From a virus (Duplodnaviria; Caudoviricetes), in the IMG/VR virus record IMGVR_UViG_3300025875_000084, positions 1-29,517 of that record: 29,517 bases of DNA, one strand, 5' to 3'. Below, one piece after another: positions 1 through 8,334 of this stretch. Each line of letters begins with the position of its first letter. The first letter of the stretch is position 1. The notes beneath the pieces are model-generated. The model made no database searches, was not told the origin of the DNA, and worked only from the letters and a program-made list of their open reading frames with translations. Made by a program: the position numbers and the translations under genes.

Positions 1-63
1 GTAGCCGCCGAGATTTGCCGCGCGCTGGAGCCACCGACGTGACCACCCCGCCGAGATGATCCC

Positions 64-504
64 GTGGCTCTGACTCTGACGCCGCGGGAGGCCGTTGGCG
101 CGCTGGCGTTGCTGATCGTGTTGGCGATGGCTGCGGCTGCGTGGTGTGCGTGGCAGCAGGGCAAGGACATCGGCGACCTGTGGGACGAGAACACGGACCT
201 GATCGCCGAGGTTGAGGAGTTGCGCGCCGATCACGAGGCGTTGCAGGAGAAGGTGGCGGGGATCGTCGACTACCTGTGGGATTTGGCCGGCTACCAGCAA
301 CCCGAACTTGTGCCCGGCGATGACACACCGACGACTGTGCTGATCGTGCAGCCCGACACCGACATTGCGCACCCTGCTGACACGTTCGCTCGGAAGGTGG
401 CGCTGCTGCACAAGCGGCCCGAGTCCGAGGGCAGGCATAGGCGTGAAGGTGGCGGGAAGAGTGTGCCCGAGTTGTTGGCTGAGGCTGGGCTGGAACCGTC
501 GTGA
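64..504 (+). CDS. hypothetical membrane protein with N-terminal TM helix and coiled coil
   Basis: 146 aa ORF; hydrophobic N-terminus (AVGALALLIVLAMAAAAW) then heptad-like segment; GTGA overlap with next gene. Confidence 0.7.
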   Translation: MALTLTPREAVGALALLIVLAMAAAAWCAWQQGKDIGDLWDENTDLIAEVEELRADHEALQEKVAGIVDYLWDLAGYQQPELVPGDDTPTTVLIVQPDTDIAHPADTFARKVALLHKRPESEGRHRREGGGKSVPELLAEAGLEPS

Positions 505-764
505 CTGAGGTCGGGCAGATGAGCGCGCTGAACGATCTGCTCGCGCACCCTTTCGACGAGGCACTGCACCGATACCGCTCGCTGCCGTGGCCCTGGCTGT
601 TCGGGGTGCCGCTGCCCACCACAACCTCGTGCGGCACGGTCAGTCGGGCGGCCAGTCAATGCGCCGACGCGGTCAAGCGGGCACGCAACACGGCACGCCA
701 GCAGCTCGAGCACCTCACCGACGCCGACGTGCTGTGGCTGCTGGTTATGGGTTGGCGTCCTTAG
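501..764 (+). CDS. hypothetical protein
   Basis: 87 aa ORF coupled to previous stop by GTGA overlap. Confidence 0.55.
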   Translation: MTEVGQMSALNDLLAHPFDEALHRYRSLPWPWLFGVPLPTTTSCGTVSRAASQCADAVKRARNTARQQLEHLTDADVLWLLVMGWRP

Positions 765-816
765 CCTTGTCACACCTGCTGATTGGCTGTCCCTACACCG
801 ATCCAAGGGGGACGTC

Positions 817-909
817 GTGCAGGTGCTCATCTTCATTGCGGGGGCGTGGCTGCTGCTGATCCGTGCCGTCGCTGATGCGGTATTCGGGCCACGGGTGGTG
901 CAGTCGTGA
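817..909 (+). CDS. small hydrophobic protein (30 aa, MQVLIFIAGAWLLLIRAVADAVFGPRVVQS)
   Basis: Read manually; AAGGGGG RBS upstream; stop overlaps GTG of next gene. Confidence 0.55.
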   Translation: MQVLIFIAGAWLLLIRAVADAVFGPRVVQS

Positions 910-1238
910 GCGAGGTTTCCGTCGAGCCGACTTGCTATGAGGTGACGGCCTATCCGTTCCACGACATTAACCGCAGCCTCTTCGTCATCACGGTCGAACG
1001 TCGCGCTGAGAACTCTTGGGCCGTTCTTCTGCGCGGCTCCCAGTGCTGGAATCGGCGCACCAAGGCCTGGGACTACGAGCCGAGTCCATCGTCGCGCACC
1101 GACGCCTTCAAGCGCACGCACAGGTTCCGGCTCGACCAGGCGCTTGAGATCGCTCGCAAGGTGGCTCCGACACTTTCTGTCATGGGACTGACCGTCGATC
1201 AGGCTGCGAGCGATGCACGTGATCGGGCCGCATCGTGA
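906..1238 (+). CDS. hypothetical phage protein
   Basis: 110 aa ORF, GTGA overlaps at both ends. Confidence 0.7.
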   Translation: MSEVSVEPTCYEVTAYPFHDINRSLFVITVERRAENSWAVLLRGSQCWNRRTKAWDYEPSPSSRTDAFKRTHRFRLDQALEIARKVAPTLSVMGLTVDQAASDARDRAAS

Positions 1239-1351
1239 CCCCCGCCGCCTGCTGGACTGCTGGGCTGCTGTGCGGATTCGTCGCCGCCTGGGTGTCGCTG
1301 CTGGTTTACGAGACGGTCGGGGATTGCTGCCCACATGAGCTGGGTGACTGA
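1235..1351 (+). CDS. small hydrophobic protein (38 aa)
   Basis: Read manually; GTGA overlap upstream and TGATG overlap downstream. Confidence 0.5.
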   Translation: MTPAACWTAGLLCGFVAAWVSLLVYETVGDCCPHELGD

Positions 1352-1530
1352 TGCGGCTGAACGTCTACTGGCGCGGGCGAGATGTCATCGATGTAGAAGT
1401 GCACCTGTGGCGAAAGCGCGACGACGACGAGCAGCCTGATCCGCCGAAGTTGGAGGCATCGGGTGGTGGGCAGGTTGAGCGCGCTGACCACTTCGGTGAT
1501 CCGGATACCGCGGTGTCATTTGGCTTCTGA
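1351..1530 (+). CDS. hypothetical protein (59 aa, MRLNVYWRGRDVIDVEVHLW...)
   Basis: Read manually; ATG overlaps previous TGA. Confidence 0.55.
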   Translation: MRLNVYWRGRDVIDVEVHLWRKRDDDEQPDPPKLEASGGGQVERADHFGDPDTAVSFGF

Positions 1531-1535
1531 GCGGC

Positions 1536-1563
1536 TGTCACATGGGGCGGGATCGTTGTTGGT
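1536..1563 (+). promoter_or_regulatory. candidate leaderless promoter TGTCAC-N9-GATCGT-N7-ATG
   Basis: Intergenic; same spacing as copies at 17969-17996 and 23349-23376. Confidence 0.5.
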
Positions 1564-1734
1564 ATGAGCGAACCTTCCGCACGTCAAGTGCTCGCCCGCC
1601 TCGCAGCAGCCAATCCGGGCACATGCAACTGCGGCCATGAGTCGAACGTTCACGGCTTTGGTAGCGGTGAGTGCTGGACATGCGCTTGGGACGACGACCG
1701 CCCGGATTGCGACCACTTCCAGGCGACCAAGTGA
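1564..1734 (+). CDS. small Zn-binding protein (56 aa; CxCGHxxxxH...CxxC...C)
   Basis: Read manually: MSEPSARQVLARLAAANPGTCNCGHESNVHGFGSGECWTCAWDDDRPDCDHFQATK; no SD; GTGA overlap with next gene. Confidence 0.6.
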   Translation: MSEPSARQVLARLAAANPGTCNCGHESNVHGFGSGECWTCAWDDDRPDCDHFQATK

Positions 1735-1913
1735 CCGCCGCCGCGCCTTTGCCACAGCCTGAGATTCCTGCGACCGCCGCGATGTTGGGGCATGTCATTC
1801 GGTATCCGGTGACCATCAAGTACGCGCTCGAGTACAGGGCGGCGTGCCACTGCCATTACTGGGATCTGCTGGATACTGCTGAGGCGATGCTGGCGCTTGG
1901 GCGGAAGTGGTGA
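1731..1913 (+). CDS. hypothetical protein (60 aa)
   Basis: Part of ORF 1671..1913; GTG 1731 overlaps previous stop. Confidence 0.55.
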   Translation: MTAAAPLPQPEIPATAAMLGHVIRYPVTIKYALEYRAACHCHYWDLLDTAEAMLALGRKW

Positions 1914-2632
1914 GCGGCGTGTGCCCGTCGTGCGGCGCCGAGCAGCCCGAGAGCCTGCTGTGTCACGACGACACGTCGGCTGTCGAGACCATGTTCGCTG
2001 CGGTGCCCCAACTGGTTGACGAGCTCCAGGTCGCTATCAACAAGCAGGCCAAAGTGGGTAGCGGAGGAAAAGCCGGCAAAGGTTCGGCGCATGAGCGCAG
2101 CCCCGTCAACTGGGGCGCGGTGGCTGTACGGGATGCACTGCTCGTTGAGTTCGCACTGTGGGGCTCGGACATCGACGCGATCCGCAAGCACCCACAGGCC
2201 GCCGAGATCGTGTCTGGCATCGGCAGGGTGGTCAAGAACGCCTATCGGTGCATCGACCGGATGCGCGACCGTCAGTACCTCGGCCAGTGCTTGCACTCAG
2301 AGGATGGGCTGATCTGCCATGCCGAGGTGTGGGTCAAGCCTGACGCCCGACAGGTGGTGTGCAGCCAGTGCGAGACGGTCCATGACGTTCCTGCTCGACG
2401 TGCCGCGCTGCTCGATGAGGCCGAAGACCTGATCGTCACCCCGAAGGAAGCGAGCAGCTACATAGGCGAGGTGGGCGGCATCAAGGTCGGGCAGCAGCAG
2501 ATCCGCAACTATGTGGATCGCAAACGCATTACCAAGCGACCGTCGGCTGCGGGCGTGATGCTGCTGCGAATGGGTGACCTGCTCGACATCCTGCGAAACG
2601 ACGCGGCGACACGCGACGTGCGCGCGAGTTGA
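1910..2632 (+). CDS. Zn-ribbon plus C-terminal HTH DNA-binding protein; putative late-gene regulator
   Basis: CPSC, C..C and CSQC Cys motifs; C-terminal HTH-like segment (TPKEASSYIGE...QQQIRNYVDRKRI); last gene before late promoter/terminator. Confidence 0.7.
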   Translation: MSGVCPSCGAEQPESLLCHDDTSAVETMFAAVPQLVDELQVAINKQAKVGSGGKAGKGSAHERSPVNWGAVAVRDALLVEFALWGSDIDAIRKHPQAAEIVSGIGRVVKNAYRCIDRMRDRQYLGQCLHSEDGLICHAEVWVKPDARQVVCSQCETVHDVPARRAALLDEAEDLIVTPKEASSYIGEVGGIKVGQQQIRNYVDRKRITKRPSAAGVMLLRMGDLLDILRNDAATRDVRAS

Positions 2633-2657
2633 CTTAGCGTCACGAACCTGTGAGTAT
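2629..2657 (+). promoter_or_regulatory. candidate sigma70/SigA-type late promoter (-35 TTGACT, 17 bp spacer, TGn-GAGTAT)
   Basis: TTGACT 2629-2634; TG 2649-2650; GAGTAT 2652-2657. Confidence 0.5.
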
Positions 2658-2684
2658 GCGAGATGTCGCTGACGAAGCGACCCC

Positions 2685-2718
2685 AAAGCCCGCCGAGCCC
2701 AGTTGCTTAGCGGGCTTT
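2685..2718 (+). terminator. intrinsic terminator-like hairpin shortly after the late promoter
   Basis: AAAGCCCGC...GCGGGCTTT inverted repeat; short U tract. Confidence 0.55.
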
Positions 2719-2842
2719 CGCGCGTCTTGAGCCGCGCACACGGCCCGTCGACTTGGCCAGCGAATGATTCGCGAATGATGCGACGGCGATGCCCGAGCGC
2801 CAATCCTTCGGGCACACACTTCGCCGAGGCAGGTGAGCACGC

Positions 2843-3022
2843 ATGGCCGAGCCGCTCATCCTCTGCCCGTGCTCGCTCGCCTTCCACGTCCTCGACGTTG
2901 ACGGGCCAAGCGGGACACAGACCGCGTACGTCTGCGAACACTGCGACGACGTGTGCGATGACGGGCCGCGATGTGCGCTGTGCCAGACGCTGAGTCGGGC
3001 GAGTACGGCTGAGCCTGGCTGA
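2843..3022 (+). CDS. small Cys-rich protein (59 aa)
   Basis: Read manually; AGGTGA RBS; CPC, CEHC, C, CALC motifs; ends 3 nt before HNH gene. Confidence 0.6.
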   Translation: MAEPLILCPCSLAFHVLDVDGPSGTQTAYVCEHCDDVCDDGPRCALCQTLSRASTAEPG

Positions 3023-3025
3023 CTC

Positions 3026-3298
3026 ATGGCAAGGAACAACAGCAGGGCGATCCAAGCCCAGCACAAACGCATCCTCGCTGCCACGCCCATCTGTCACATC
3101 TGCGGCGAGCCCATCGACCTGACGCTCAAGAACCCAGACCCGATGGCCGGCGTTGTTGACCACGTGATCCCGCTCGCCAAGCGTCCCGACCTCGACGTGC
3201 CAAGCAACAAGCGATCAGCGCATCGACGGTGCAATCGGGATAAGTCAGACAAAGAGTTCGGCCGAGTAATCCGACGATCCGGGTCACTCAAGCGATAG
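3026..3298 (+). CDS. HNH endonuclease (HK97 gp74-like packaging nuclease)
   Basis: CHIC...VDHVIPL...SN..SAH..CN..K motif; position upstream of terminase. Confidence 0.9.
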   Translation: MARNNSRAIQAQHKRILAATPICHICGEPIDLTLKNPDPMAGVVDHVIPLAKRPDLDVPSNKRSAHRRCNRDKSDKEFGRVIRRSGSLKR

Positions 3299-3306
3299 AC
3301 TGAAGT

Positions 3307-3855
3307 GTGCCGCGAAAGCCTGATCTTCCTTGTGCTGATTGCGGAAAGCTCATGTGGCGCGGCACCACTTCGCTACCTCAAGGCCAAGCCCGTTGCAATC
3401 CATGCCGCGCCTCAAGGCACGGGACGCAGCGGAAGTACAAGGCCGGCTGTCGATGCGACCAGTGCAGGGCGCGAGTCACCGAGTTGGCCCGCGTCACCCG
3501 TGCGAACTACAGGGCCAAGCATGGTGTCAGCTATCGCACCCTGTTTAAGACTAAGCCTGAGCAGTACGGCGACAGGCATCGAAGACGCGACGCTGCAAGA
3601 CGGGCCCGCAAGACTGGCGCCACGGTCGAGTCCTTCACTCATGCCGAGATCTTCGAGCGTGATGCGTGGATGTGCGGCATCTGCTCAGAGCCAGTCGACC
3701 AAGCACTGGCCTACCCGCACCCTCGGTCGTCCTCGCTCGATCACATCGTTCCGCTATCGCTCGACGGCGAGCACAGTCGCGCGAACACGAGGCTTGCGCA
3801 CCTCGACTGCAACAAGCGACGCGGCGCGCGAGTCGACGACGAGTCCGCGGCCTGA
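3307..3855 (+). CDS. HNH endonuclease with N-terminal Zn-finger domains
   Basis: CADC, CNPC, HGT..Y..GCRCDQC, then IFERDAWMCGIC...LDHIVPLSLDGEHSRANTRLAHLDCN. Confidence 0.9.
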   Translation: MPRKPDLPCADCGKLMWRGTTSLPQGQARCNPCRASRHGTQRKYKAGCRCDQCRARVTELARVTRANYRAKHGVSYRTLFKTKPEQYGDRHRRRDAARRARKTGATVESFTHAEIFERDAWMCGICSEPVDQALAYPHPRSSSLDHIVPLSLDGEHSRANTRLAHLDCNKRRGARVDDESAA

Positions 3856-3859
3856 CGGG

Positions 3860-3932
3860 TGCGGGGCGTCCCCCTCCCCCGCCGAACTTGAACACCTCCG
3901 GGATAGGCCCGGTCTATTCGCAGCGTTTTTTC
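3860..3932. other. candidate cos (cohesive end) region
   Basis: Non-coding gap between HNH and terS; G/C runs, then ACCTCCGGGATAG (3894-3906), loosely like GGCAT-ending 3' overhangs of phages with this terminase type; inference only. Confidence 0.4.
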
Positions 3933-3946
3933 GCAGGGGGTGACTT

Positions 3947-4231
3947 GTGGTCCGCAAGTCACCCCTTCGGTCTGTGACCGCTGACGAGGTGCCTGACCGG
4001 CCCGTTTCCGTGTCTGGCGCGGTCCTGACCGGCTCCCCGCGTGACGTGAACATCGCCATGCAGGACCGGATCGCCAAGGCTATCGACGCCGAAGACATCC
4101 GGGGTGCCGACCTGGCTGCTCTGTCCCGCCGGCTGCACGAGCTCAGAAAAGAGCTGGCGGCGATGGACACGCAGGCCAAGGAGGCTGTTGAGGATGACTC
4201 CGTCAGTGACGGCGCCTGGGAGGCTATCTGA
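3947..4231 (+). CDS. terS: terminase small subunit
   Basis: 94 aa directly upstream of and overlapping terL; DLAALSRRL motif typical of actinophage TerS; GGGGGTGA RBS. Confidence 0.75.
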   Translation: MVRKSPLRSVTADEVPDRPVSVSGAVLTGSPRDVNIAMQDRIAKAIDAEDIRGADLAALSRRLHELRKELAAMDTQAKEAVEDDSVSDGAWEAI

Positions 4232-5696
4232 GGTAGCGCGCCGCCTGGTCTTGCCGACCGGGCTGGCGTCTACTGAGTGGCCGGCGATCAAGGCCCGAAC
4301 GCGCATGATGGGCGTTCAGTTCGACCAGTGGCAGGCGGATCTGGTCCGCGGCGCGCTAGGAAAGCGCAAAGACGGCAAGTACGCGGCCACTGTCGGCGGC
4401 GTGGTGTGGAGCCTTCCGCGTCAGGTCGGTAAGACGTTCACCGTCGGCGCACTCTTGTTCGCCTACTGCATTGAGCACCCGGGCTCGCTCGTCCTCTGGA
4501 CCGCACACCACACGCGGACGTCGGGCGAGACTTTCCGCTCGATGCAGGGCATGGCGATGAAGCCACGCGTCGCGCCGTTCGTGGAGAACGTCTACACGGG
4601 GTCGGGCACCGAGTCGGTCGTCTTCAAGAACGGGTCGCGCATCCTGTTCGGTGCCCGCGACCAGGGCTTCGGGCTGGGCTTCGCTGCGGTCGACGTGATT
4701 GTCTTCGATGAAGCGCAGCTGTTGTCGGATCGCACGCGCATGGACATGGTCCCGGCTACTAACCGGGCGCATAACCCGGCTGGTGCCCTGCTGTTCTACA
4801 TCGGCACGCCGCCGCGGCCCGAGAATGGCGCCAAGGGTGAGGCGTTTGCGACGCTACGGGCGGACGCGCTCGAAGGTGACAACGACACCTTCTTCGTCGA
4901 GCTGTCTGCGGACCCCGACGCCGATCCCGACGACCGCGAGCAGTGGGCGAAGGCCAACCCCTCGTACCCGACGCACACGCCGATCGAGTCCATGCTCCGG
5001 ATGCGCAAGCACCTCGGATCGGATGAGGCGTGGAAGCGTGAGGCTCTAGGCATCTGGGATGCCGTGCAGGGTCACGGCGTTCTGCCCGCCCCGTCATGGA
5101 AAGACGCGGAGGACGAGACGTCGATTGCGGCGGATCGCTTCGCCCTCGGCGTCGAGTGCGGCCCTGATCTTGCCTATGCCTCGGTATCACTGGCCGGCCA
5201 GCGCGTAGACGCTGACTGGCACTTCGAGTTGGACGACGACCAGCACACACGCGGCGCTGGCGTCGCGTGGTTGGTGTCTCACGTCGAAGAGCTGGTGACT
5301 GCCAACCCGCAGATCCGGGCGGTGATGGTCGACATCTTCGGGCCGATCAAGGCGCTGCTTGAGCAGCGCCCCGATGGTCGCTGGTTCTTCAAGGGAACGA
5401 AGGTCGAGGTCACCCCGATCAAGGTGGCCGATCTGGGCGTCGCATGTTCCCGCGTGCTTGACGGCATCGTGACCGGGGGCCTGCACCACATCGGGCAGCC
5501 GCAGTTCACCGCGGCGGCCCTGTCTGCCGGTAAGCGCCCACTGGGCGATACGGGCATGTGGGTGTGGTCGCGGAAACTCGCCACCTCTGACATCACGCCG
5601 ATCCAAGCGGCGACTCTGGCGCTTGCTGGGGCTCAGAACTCGACGGTCAAGAAGCCGTCCCGTAGCGGCAGAGGAAGGGTGGCAACGGTCCTATGA
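4194..5696 (+). CDS. terL: terminase large subunit
   Basis: Walker A (PRQVGKT), Walker B (VIVFDEAQ), GTPP coupling motif, ANPS; AAGGAGG RBS before ATG 4194. Confidence 0.95.
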   Translation: MTPSVTAPGRLSEVARRLVLPTGLASTEWPAIKARTRMMGVQFDQWQADLVRGALGKRKDGKYAATVGGVVWSLPRQVGKTFTVGALLFAYCIEHPGSLVLWTAHHTRTSGETFRSMQGMAMKPRVAPFVENVYTGSGTESVVFKNGSRILFGARDQGFGLGFAAVDVIVFDEAQLLSDRTRMDMVPATNRAHNPAGALLFYIGTPPRPENGAKGEAFATLRADALEGDNDTFFVELSADPDADPDDREQWAKANPSYPTHTPIESMLRMRKHLGSDEAWKREALGIWDAVQGHGVLPAPSWKDAEDETSIAADRFALGVECGPDLAYASVSLAGQRVDADWHFELDDDQHTRGAGVAWLVSHVEELVTANPQIRAVMVDIFGPIKALLEQRPDGRWFFKGTKVEVTPIKVADLGVACSRVLDGIVTGGLHHIGQPQFTAAALSAGKRPLGDTGMWVWSRKLATSDITPIQAATLALAGAQNSTVKKPSRSGRGRVATVL

Positions 5697-7117
5697 CGTC
5701 ACCCGAGCGCCTGTCTCTGCTGAACGCCCCGGATGACGTCAACCGCACTCTCGGGATGCTTTCGGAGGAGCTCGAGGCGAAGCAGGCTCGGAACCTGCTG
5801 CGCGCCTCCTACTACGACGGCAAGCGCGCTGTCCGCCAGGTGGGGACGATCATCCCGCCGCAGTATTACCGGCTGGCGATTGTGCTGGGCTGGTCGGCGA
5901 AGGCTGTGGATCTGCTGGCTCGCCGCTGCAACCTCGACGGGTTCGTGTGGCCCGACGGCGACCTGAACAGTCTCGGTCTGGGCGAGCTCGCCGAGGCCAA
6001 CCGGCTGAAGTCCCGCATCAACTCGGCGCTGATCGCTTCGTTGCAGCACGGTCCCGCGTTTCTGATCAACACGCGCGGTGATGAGTCGGCCGGCGAGTCT
6101 GCGTCGCTGATCCATGTCAAGGACGCCCTGAGCGCGACGGGCGAGTGGAACAGCCGCCGGCAGCGCCTCGACAACCTGCTGTCGATCACGGGCCGCGACA
6201 AGGAAGGCAAGACCACCTCGTTCGCGCTTTACCTGGACGGCGTCACGTACGACGCGGTCAAGGACAACGGCAAGTGGTCCTGGGAGCGTTCGGAGCACCC
6301 GTGGGGCGTTCCGGCTGAGGCGCTGCCTTACCGCCCGGATGAGCGCCGCCCGCTTGGCCGGTCGCGGATCTCCAGGTCGGTGATGAGCCTGCACGACCAG
6401 GGACTGCGTGCGGTGATCCGCCTCGAGGGTCACATGGACGTCTACAGCTTCCCCGAGATGTGGATGCTGGGCGCGGACGAGTCGATCTTCAAGAACCCTG
6501 ACGGCAGCCAAAAGGCGTCGTGGCAGGTGATGCTGGGGCGGATCAAGGGCATCCCGGATGACGAGGAAGCCACGAACCCGCGTGCCGACGTGAAGCAGTT
6601 CCCGGCGTCATCTCCGGCCCCTCATCTGGCGCAGCTCAACGCGCTGGCGAAGATGTTCGCTCGTGAGGCGAGCCTGCCTGATACGTCGGTGGCGATCACG
6701 GACATTGCGAACCCGACGTCGGCTGATGCCTACGACGCGTCGCAGAACGAGTTGATCGCCGAGGCTGAGGGTGCTACCGACGACTGGACTCCCCCGTTGT
6801 GTCGCGCTGTGGTGCGGGGGCTGGCGATCCAGAACCAGGATGCCGGGCTCCTCCAGGCAATGCCCACGTTCGACGCGAAGTGGCGCTCGCCGCGGTTCCT
6901 GTCGCGGGCGCAGATGGCCGATTCGGGCCAGAAGACGATCGCGTCGGTGCCGTGGCTTGCTGAGACCGAGGTCGGTCTCGAGCTACTGGGCTTGACGGAG
7001 CAGCAGATCGACCGGGCGATGGCCGACCGTCGCCGCATGGGCGGGTCGGCTGCCCTTCGTCAGATCGCGGAGGTCGCCGCTGCTCGGCAGGTGAACGGTG
7101 ACGGCCCCGCCGCTTGA
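5693..7117 (+). CDS. portal protein (SPP1 Gp6-like)
   Basis: 474 aa after terL; YYDG, GWSAKAVD, RPLGRSRISR motifs. Confidence 0.9.
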   Translation: MTSPERLSLLNAPDDVNRTLGMLSEELEAKQARNLLRASYYDGKRAVRQVGTIIPPQYYRLAIVLGWSAKAVDLLARRCNLDGFVWPDGDLNSLGLGELAEANRLKSRINSALIASLQHGPAFLINTRGDESAGESASLIHVKDALSATGEWNSRRQRLDNLLSITGRDKEGKTTSFALYLDGVTYDAVKDNGKWSWERSEHPWGVPAEALPYRPDERRPLGRSRISRSVMSLHDQGLRAVIRLEGHMDVYSFPEMWMLGADESIFKNPDGSQKASWQVMLGRIKGIPDDEEATNPRADVKQFPASSPAPHLAQLNALAKMFAREASLPDTSVAITDIANPTSADAYDASQNELIAEAEGATDDWTPPLCRAVVRGLAIQNQDAGLLQAMPTFDAKWRSPRFLSRAQMADSGQKTIASVPWLAETEVGLELLGLTEQQIDRAMADRRRMGGSAALRQIAEVAAARQVNGDGPAA

Positions 7118-7772
7118 TCCGGTTCGCGCCGACCTGGAGTTCCTGTTGGCCGAGGCTGCTGCGGACCTGGGCGCCGCCTGGGTGACGGGTACGGCCGAAG
7201 AGGTGCGGGACGCCCTGGAGGCCGCCCTGCCCGATCTGGTGGCGCTGTACGGGCCTGCTGCTGGTGCGCTGGCTGCGGATTGGTACGACGAGGCGCGCGA
7301 GGCAGCCAGTGTGGCCGGTCGTTTTCGGGCGATCGTCGCTGAGCTGCCGGACATGGGCGCGATTGAGGCTCTCGCCGGCTGGGGTGCGGGCCCGCTGTTT
7401 CAGGCTGAGCCGGATGTGCTGGCTGCCCGTTCGCAGGTCGAGGGTGGCTTGCAGAAGATCGTCGGCGACATGCACCGGGACACGGTGATCCGTTCTCTGG
7501 CGGCCGATCCGGGCGCTAAGGGCTGGTCTCGGCAGACGACCGGTAAATCGTGCAATTTCTGCATAGCCATCGCCGCCAGGGGTGCGGTTTATTCGGCCCG
7601 GACTGCCAACTTTGCGTCGCATAATTATTGCGATTGCATATGTGTGCCGGCCTTTGGCGGTGACCCGCGCCCGGTGCTGCCGTACACGCCCGCCGATAAG
7701 TTCCGAACGCAGAAGCAGCGCGACGCCAACAACGCGCGCATCCGCGAATGGCTGTCCTCCGTAGAGGGCTAG
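7098..7772 (+). CDS. MuF-like minor capsid protein / capsid maturation protease
   Basis: Between portal and scaffold; AADWYD, CNFC...RGAVY...HNYCDC..VP motifs. Confidence 0.8.
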   Translation: MTAPPLDPVRADLEFLLAEAAADLGAAWVTGTAEEVRDALEAALPDLVALYGPAAGALAADWYDEAREAASVAGRFRAIVAELPDMGAIEALAGWGAGPLFQAEPDVLAARSQVEGGLQKIVGDMHRDTVIRSLAADPGAKGWSRQTTGKSCNFCIAIAARGAVYSARTANFASHNYCDCICVPAFGGDPRPVLPYTPADKFRTQKQRDANNARIREWLSSVEG

Positions 7773-7845
7773 CCAAGATCTTCCCCGCCTCTAGCGGGGT
7801 CACGCCCACGCGCAGCGGTCAATGCGCGGTTGATGGAGGAACAGC

Positions 7846-8316
7846 ATGTCCGAGCCGATTGAGTCGACTCCCGTATTGCAGCCCAACGACGGCGGAGCAC
7901 CGAGCGGGTTCACGCCACCCGCAAGTCAGGAGGAACTGAACCGGATCATCGGCGACCGAGTCTCGCGTGAGCGGGCGAAGTTCGCCGACTACTCCGATCT
8001 CCAGGCGAAGGCTGCGCGAACGGACGAACTCGAAGGCAAGGCAACGGAGGCCGAGGCTGCGATCGCTGAGGTGCCGAGCAAGGTGGCCGCAGAGCTGCGG
8101 ACTCACCTGGTGGCGCTTCACAAGATCGAAGCCGACGACGCCGACCTGTTCCTCACCGCAACCGACCCGACTCTCCTGCTCAAGCAGGTCGAGCGGCTGG
8201 TCGGCCGCTCCACCAAGCAGGGCAACCACGTCCCCCGCGAGGGGGCACCTCCCCCTCACGCCGCCGAGTCCGATGAGCGCGCCGCTGTGCGCAACCTCTT
8301 CGGTACCGGCGGCTAA
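7846..8316 (+). CDS. capsid scaffolding protein
   Basis: GGAGGA RBS; SQEELNRII..R..RER.KFADY..L..KA motif; position before capsid gene. Confidence 0.85.
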   Translation: MSEPIESTPVLQPNDGGAPSGFTPPASQEELNRIIGDRVSRERAKFADYSDLQAKAARTDELEGKATEAEAAIAEVPSKVAAELRTHLVALHKIEADDADLFLTATDPTLLLKQVERLVGRSTKQGNHVPREGAPPPHAAESDERAAVRNLFGTGG

Positions 8317-8334
8317 CCCGAAAGGCAAACCCCC

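Noticed and set aside
291-1334. 347 aa minus-strand ORF
   Set aside because: Overlaps several coupled + strand genes and has low-complexity, shadow-like composition
3092-3098. Other TGTCA[C/G] matches inside coding regions (near 3092, 16602, 21097, 22811)
   Set aside because: No nAnnnT hexamer and ATG at the required spacing; treated as chance
4104-4193. Longer N-terminus for terL from the ORF track
   Set aside because: Lies deep within terS with no SD; ATG 4194 has AAGGAGG upstream
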